Shown here piece after piece: positions 61,353-64,000 of a DNA stretch of 64,000 nt (positions are counted from its first letter, which is position 1; every line of letters starts with the position of its first letter). The notes below the pieces were generated by a model. The model was not told where the DNA came from and made no database searches. It saw only the letters and a list, made by a program, of their open reading frames with translations. The stretch covers positions 48,270 to 112,269 of the forward strand of contig JBGCDH010000024.1 of assembly GCA_045105235.1 (NCBI GenBank), written 5' to 3'. Source of the DNA: Planctomycetota bacterium (lineage in GTDB: Bacteria > Planctomycetota > UBA1135 > UBA2386). The position numbers and the translations under genes are program-made.

Positions 61353-62231
61353 TCAACGCGGCGAGGCGAGGGCTGCGTCAAAGAACTTGTCGAAGCGTCG
61401 TTCGAACTCACGCGGCACCAGCGTCCACGGCGATACATGAGGTGCTCCGGGCACAATCCACAGCTCCTTTGGATCCGCCGCCGCGTCGAAGAGATCCTGC
61501 CCAAAACGGTGCGGCACGACATCGTCACGATCGCCGTGGATCACAAGCAGTGGCCGCGGCGCCAGCGATGCAACGACCGCATCGGGATCGTGGCCCTGCG
61601 AGACGAAGAACGGCACCAGCGACGAGAAGACGCGCGCTTTCGACTGTGCAATGGCGCGATAGTTGGCAAACGTTGACTCGGCGAGGACTCCGCGAACGGC
61701 CGGACGCTGTGCGGCAGCAACAACGCCAACAGCGCCTCCCAGGCTGTGCCCGAACACGACCGTGCGATCGGGATCCCGAGCCAGCGCGTAGTCGATCGCC
61801 GCCACCGCATCGGCGACAGTGCCGGCACGCGTCACTTTGCCCGCGCTGCGACCGTAGCCGCGATAGTCAAACAGCAGCACCGAGTAGCCGTGCTTCGGCA
61901 GCCATGCAATGTAGGCCGCATGCGCCGTCAGGTTGGCGGCGTTGCCGTGGCAGTAGACGACCGTGCCACGTGATTCCGCGGCTTCGGCCGGCAGCCACCA
62001 GCCGTGTAGCTCAGGACCATCCGGCGCGGCGAAGCGCACGTCCTCTGCCGCCGCAATGCCATAGTCGGCCGGCGTCGCGCGCGTCCGTGAATCCGGATAG
62101 TAGAACAGACCGTCACCGGCCGAACGGAGCACGAGGGCGCCGACCACGAGGACGAGTCCAATTCCGAGCAAGATGTAGAAAGTCATGCGCAGCCGCGTCG
62201 CAGGCTTCATGGGCAACGCAGCGTAGACCAA
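61353..62231 (-). CDS. Alpha/beta hydrolase (membrane-anchored serine hydrolase)
   Basis: N-terminal TM helix. HGNAANL, nucleophile elbow GHSLGG and a distal GDRDDVVP / PGAPH triad context. Confidence 0.85.
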   Translation of the reverse strand: MVYAALPMKPATRLRMTFYILLGIGLVLVVGALVLRSAGDGLFYYPDSRTRATPADYGIAAAEDVRFAAPDGPELHGWWLPAEAAESRGTVVYCHGNAANLTAHAAYIAWLPKHGYSVLLFDYRGYGRSAGKVTRAGTVADAVAAIDYALARDPDRTVVFGHSLGGAVGVVAAAQRPAVRGVLAESTFANYRAIAQSKARVFSSLVPFFVSQGHDPDAVVASLAPRPLLVIHGDRDDVVPHRFGQDLFDAAADPKELWIVPGAPHVSPWTLVPREFERRFDKFFDAALASPR

Positions 62232-62290
62232 CGGCGCGAATCTCCAATAGCACTCTACCTGGGCGACCCGAGAGACACATTCCTCAGAAT

Positions 62291-64000
62291 ATGGCTGACA
62301 CCAAGCACATGAGTGGTTTCGTAGCCGCTATGGCACCTCGCATCGCCATCCTCTTGTTAGCAGCCATCTGTGCCGCCGTCGCGGCGCTGCTTCTCTTTGG
62401 CGATGGAGCTGCGGCGTTGCCGACCAACGCATCGGACGAAGCGGCTCGCGGCCCAAGCATCGCGGCACCCGACGGGTTGGTGGATCCTGCAGCCGCCAGT
62501 GGGCGATCGGCAAGAGATCGTGCGGCGGTAGATTTCGCAGCCGCCGATCGAGCAAGCGCAAAGCCCGCGGCCGTCGATCCGGCAGCCGATCCGACAGCCA
62601 CTGCTTCCACAGCACGCGGATCGATCCGACTGATTGTGAAGGACACGTTCGGGCAGGCCGCCGTAGGCGTTCCATTTGCCTACTGGCCCACCGGAAGCCG
62701 CGACGAGACGGGCCGTCCGCGGCTGCGTGCCGCGACGGACGCATCCGGGGTGCAGACCATCACCGAACTGCGTCCGGGCAGCTGGAGCCTGCGCGTCGCA
62801 AATCAGTCCGCGTCGCTCGTAGAGGTCGCCGCCAACCAACAAACCGAGCATATCGCAACCGTCAGGCTTGCCGGACGGTTCACGGTGCGATGCGTCGACG
62901 CCGCGGGTTCGCCAGTCGCTGGCGCCACGATCCTGCTGTGGCCGGCGAGCAACGTGATGGAACCGCAGCGCGTGAGCCTTGGCACGATCGTGGGACGCAC
63001 AAATGGCGCCGGCAAGCTGACGATCGCCAGCGTGCCACCTCCCTATCCGACGCATAGCTGGATCCAGGCGCGAGCAAGCACACTCGGTGCCTCGCTCGCC
63101 CGCACTGTCCCCCATGCCAGCACTGTCCCCAAGGCCGCGAGCGGAGCACGCCCACGAGAGATCCTGCTCCGAATCGATCGGCAAACGGCGGTGGCAACCC
63201 TCCGAGCGGTGGACGCAACCGGCCAAGCGATCGCCGGCGCCGACATGTTCGTCATCCCCATCGACACGCCTTCTGCCGACGGGCAAAACGGCGACTTGCG
63301 CAGCCCATACGTTGCGGCCCAAGCGACCACAGACGACCGCGGCACGGCCATCGTCGCGCCGCTAGCCGCCGGCAGACACGAAGTGCGCGTGCGTGCGGCA
63401 ACCAAAGGCGAAGCAAAAAGGAGTTTCGTGAGCGATGGCGAGCATCCGATCGACCTGCAAATCGCTCTGGTCGACGAAGCGGCGCTTTCCGGGCGCGTGC
63501 TGGCGACAAATGGCCGCCCCATCCGCGACGCGCTGGTTCGCATCAGGAGCCAAGGGGCTCGCCGGCGCACCCGCACGGGCGCCGACGGTCGCTTCCACTT
63601 TTCGGGCCTCGCAGCCGGGACCGTCGATTGGTCCGTGGATCAACGGCTCCATGCAAAAGCCAAGGGCAGCATCGACATCGCAGCTGGCGAAGTCGCAACC
63701 CTGCCGGTCCGACTCCAGTCACTTGGCGAGCTGCGCGGCACCGTGAGCGATCCGTCCGGGCAACCGCTTCCTGGCTATGCTGTCGAGCTGTCCTGCGAAC
63801 TCCCAGGCCTCGACGTCGATCGCCGCACGGCGACAACCGACCCGCAAGGGCGCTTCGCGATCTCAGGACAAACGGATCTCTCCTACCGGCTCGCGCTGCG
63901 CGCGCCCGACAGCCACCAGCGGATCACGCTGCCCGATCACGAGGACGTGCGCGTCGACCAGGGCCCGCTACACGTGACCGTGCCCGTAACCTCGCAGCCG
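62291..64000 (+). CDS. Membrane-anchored carboxypeptidase-regulatory-like repeat protein (partial, runs off the window end)
   Basis: Not in the supplied track because no stop is reached. My translation from the ATG at 62291 is stop-free and in frame to 64000. N-terminal helix IAILLLAAICAAVAALLLF. Repeats such as GSIRLIVKDTFGQAAVGVP, GRFTVRCVDAAGSPVAGATILL, LSGRVLATNGRPIRDALV and LRGTVSDPSGQPLPGYAV. Confidence 0.75.
   Translation, partial: MADTKHMSGFVAAMAPRIAILLLAAICAAVAALLLFGDGAAALPTNASDEAARGPSIAAPDGLVDPAAASGRSARDRAAVDFAAADRASAKPAAVDPAADPTATASTARGSIRLIVKDTFGQAAVGVPFAYWPTGSRDETGRPRLRAATDASGVQTITELRPGSWSLRVANQSASLVEVAANQQTEHIATVRLAGRFTVRCVDAAGSPVAGATILLWPASNVMEPQRVSLGTIVGRTNGAGKLTIASVPPPYPTHSWIQARASTLGASLARTVPHASTVPKAASGARPREILLRIDRQTAVATLRAVDATGQAIAGADMFVIPIDTPSADGQNGDLRSPYVAAQATTDDRGTAIVAPLAAGRHEVRVRAATKGEAKRSFVSDGEHPIDLQIALVDEAALSGRVLATNGRPIRDALVRIRSQGARRRTRTGADGRFHFSGLAAGTVDWSVDQRLHAKAKGSIDIAAGEVATLPVRLQSLGELRGTVSDPSGQPLPGYAVELSCELPGLDVDRRTATTDPQGRFAISGQTDLSYRLALRAPDSHQRITLPDHEDVRVDQGPLHVTVPVTSQP

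Noticed and set aside
1-64000. Looked for tRNA/rRNA genes, riboswitch-like leaders, prophage or integrative-element hallmarks, and classical defence genes (restriction-modification, toxin-antitoxin, cas).
   Set aside because: No cloverleaf-like or rRNA-like sequence was noticed in the intergenic regions. The only integrase-like sequence is a decayed fragment. No recognisable defence-gene motifs were seen apart from the CHAT protease discussed above. By-eye screening cannot exclude small RNAs.

Overview
This is a very GC-rich, densely coding bacterial chromosomal segment with about 48 protein-coding genes. I saw no rRNA, tRNA or CRISPR array. All family calls come from reading the translated ORFs (motif-level recognition only); no database search was possible. 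The ORF track uses alternative start codons and maximal ORFs, so several starts were moved to internal ATG/GTG/TTG codons that give signal peptides or remove gene overlaps.

Content in order:
1. 20-7304: a czcCBA-type heavy-metal RND efflux operon bracketed by two His-rich small proteins.
2. 7333-9938: mqnB overlapping a membrane Ser/Thr kinase.
3. 10-22.6 kb: an RNA methyltransferase, an orphan HExxH protein, a GHMP-kinase operon, small lipoproteins, a decayed rve-type transposase remnant, a dicarboxylate/amino-acid:cation symporter, a BNR protein and a large secreted protein.
4. 22.6-34.3 kb: a signalling island.
   - It opens with an ECF sigma / anti-sigma / exported TPR-CHAT protease operon and a divergent thioredoxin-fold (WCPNC) multidomain protein. 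This ~7 kb block is bracketed by two inverted copies of a ~170-200 bp palindromic MITE-like element.
   - A second operon follows: ECF sigma + Ser/Thr kinase (AFG in place of DFG) + TPR protein.
5. 34.3-39.7 kb: a waaG-like glycosyltransferase whose 3' end is formed by a third, partial MITE copy, then sorAB-like sulfite dehydrogenase, an lpxR-like gene and selU.
6. 39.9-45.1 kb: two tandem paralogous ~830 aa lipoproteins with a GH114-like TIM barrel, an FN3 domain and a C-terminal beta domain.
7. 45-64 kb: a DUF1080 protein, mscL, a transglutaminase-like protein, DUF3810, a DUF1800/DUF1501 pair, carboxypeptidase-regulatory-like proteins, ygiQ, DUF1266 and an alpha/beta hydrolase.

The gene repertoire suggests a Planctomycetota/PVC-like lineage (inference only).

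The most interesting observations are the Cas-free sigma/anti-sigma/CHAT module, the MITE family that brackets it and abuts or donates gene ends, and the widespread in-frame 6-18 bp tandem repeats.
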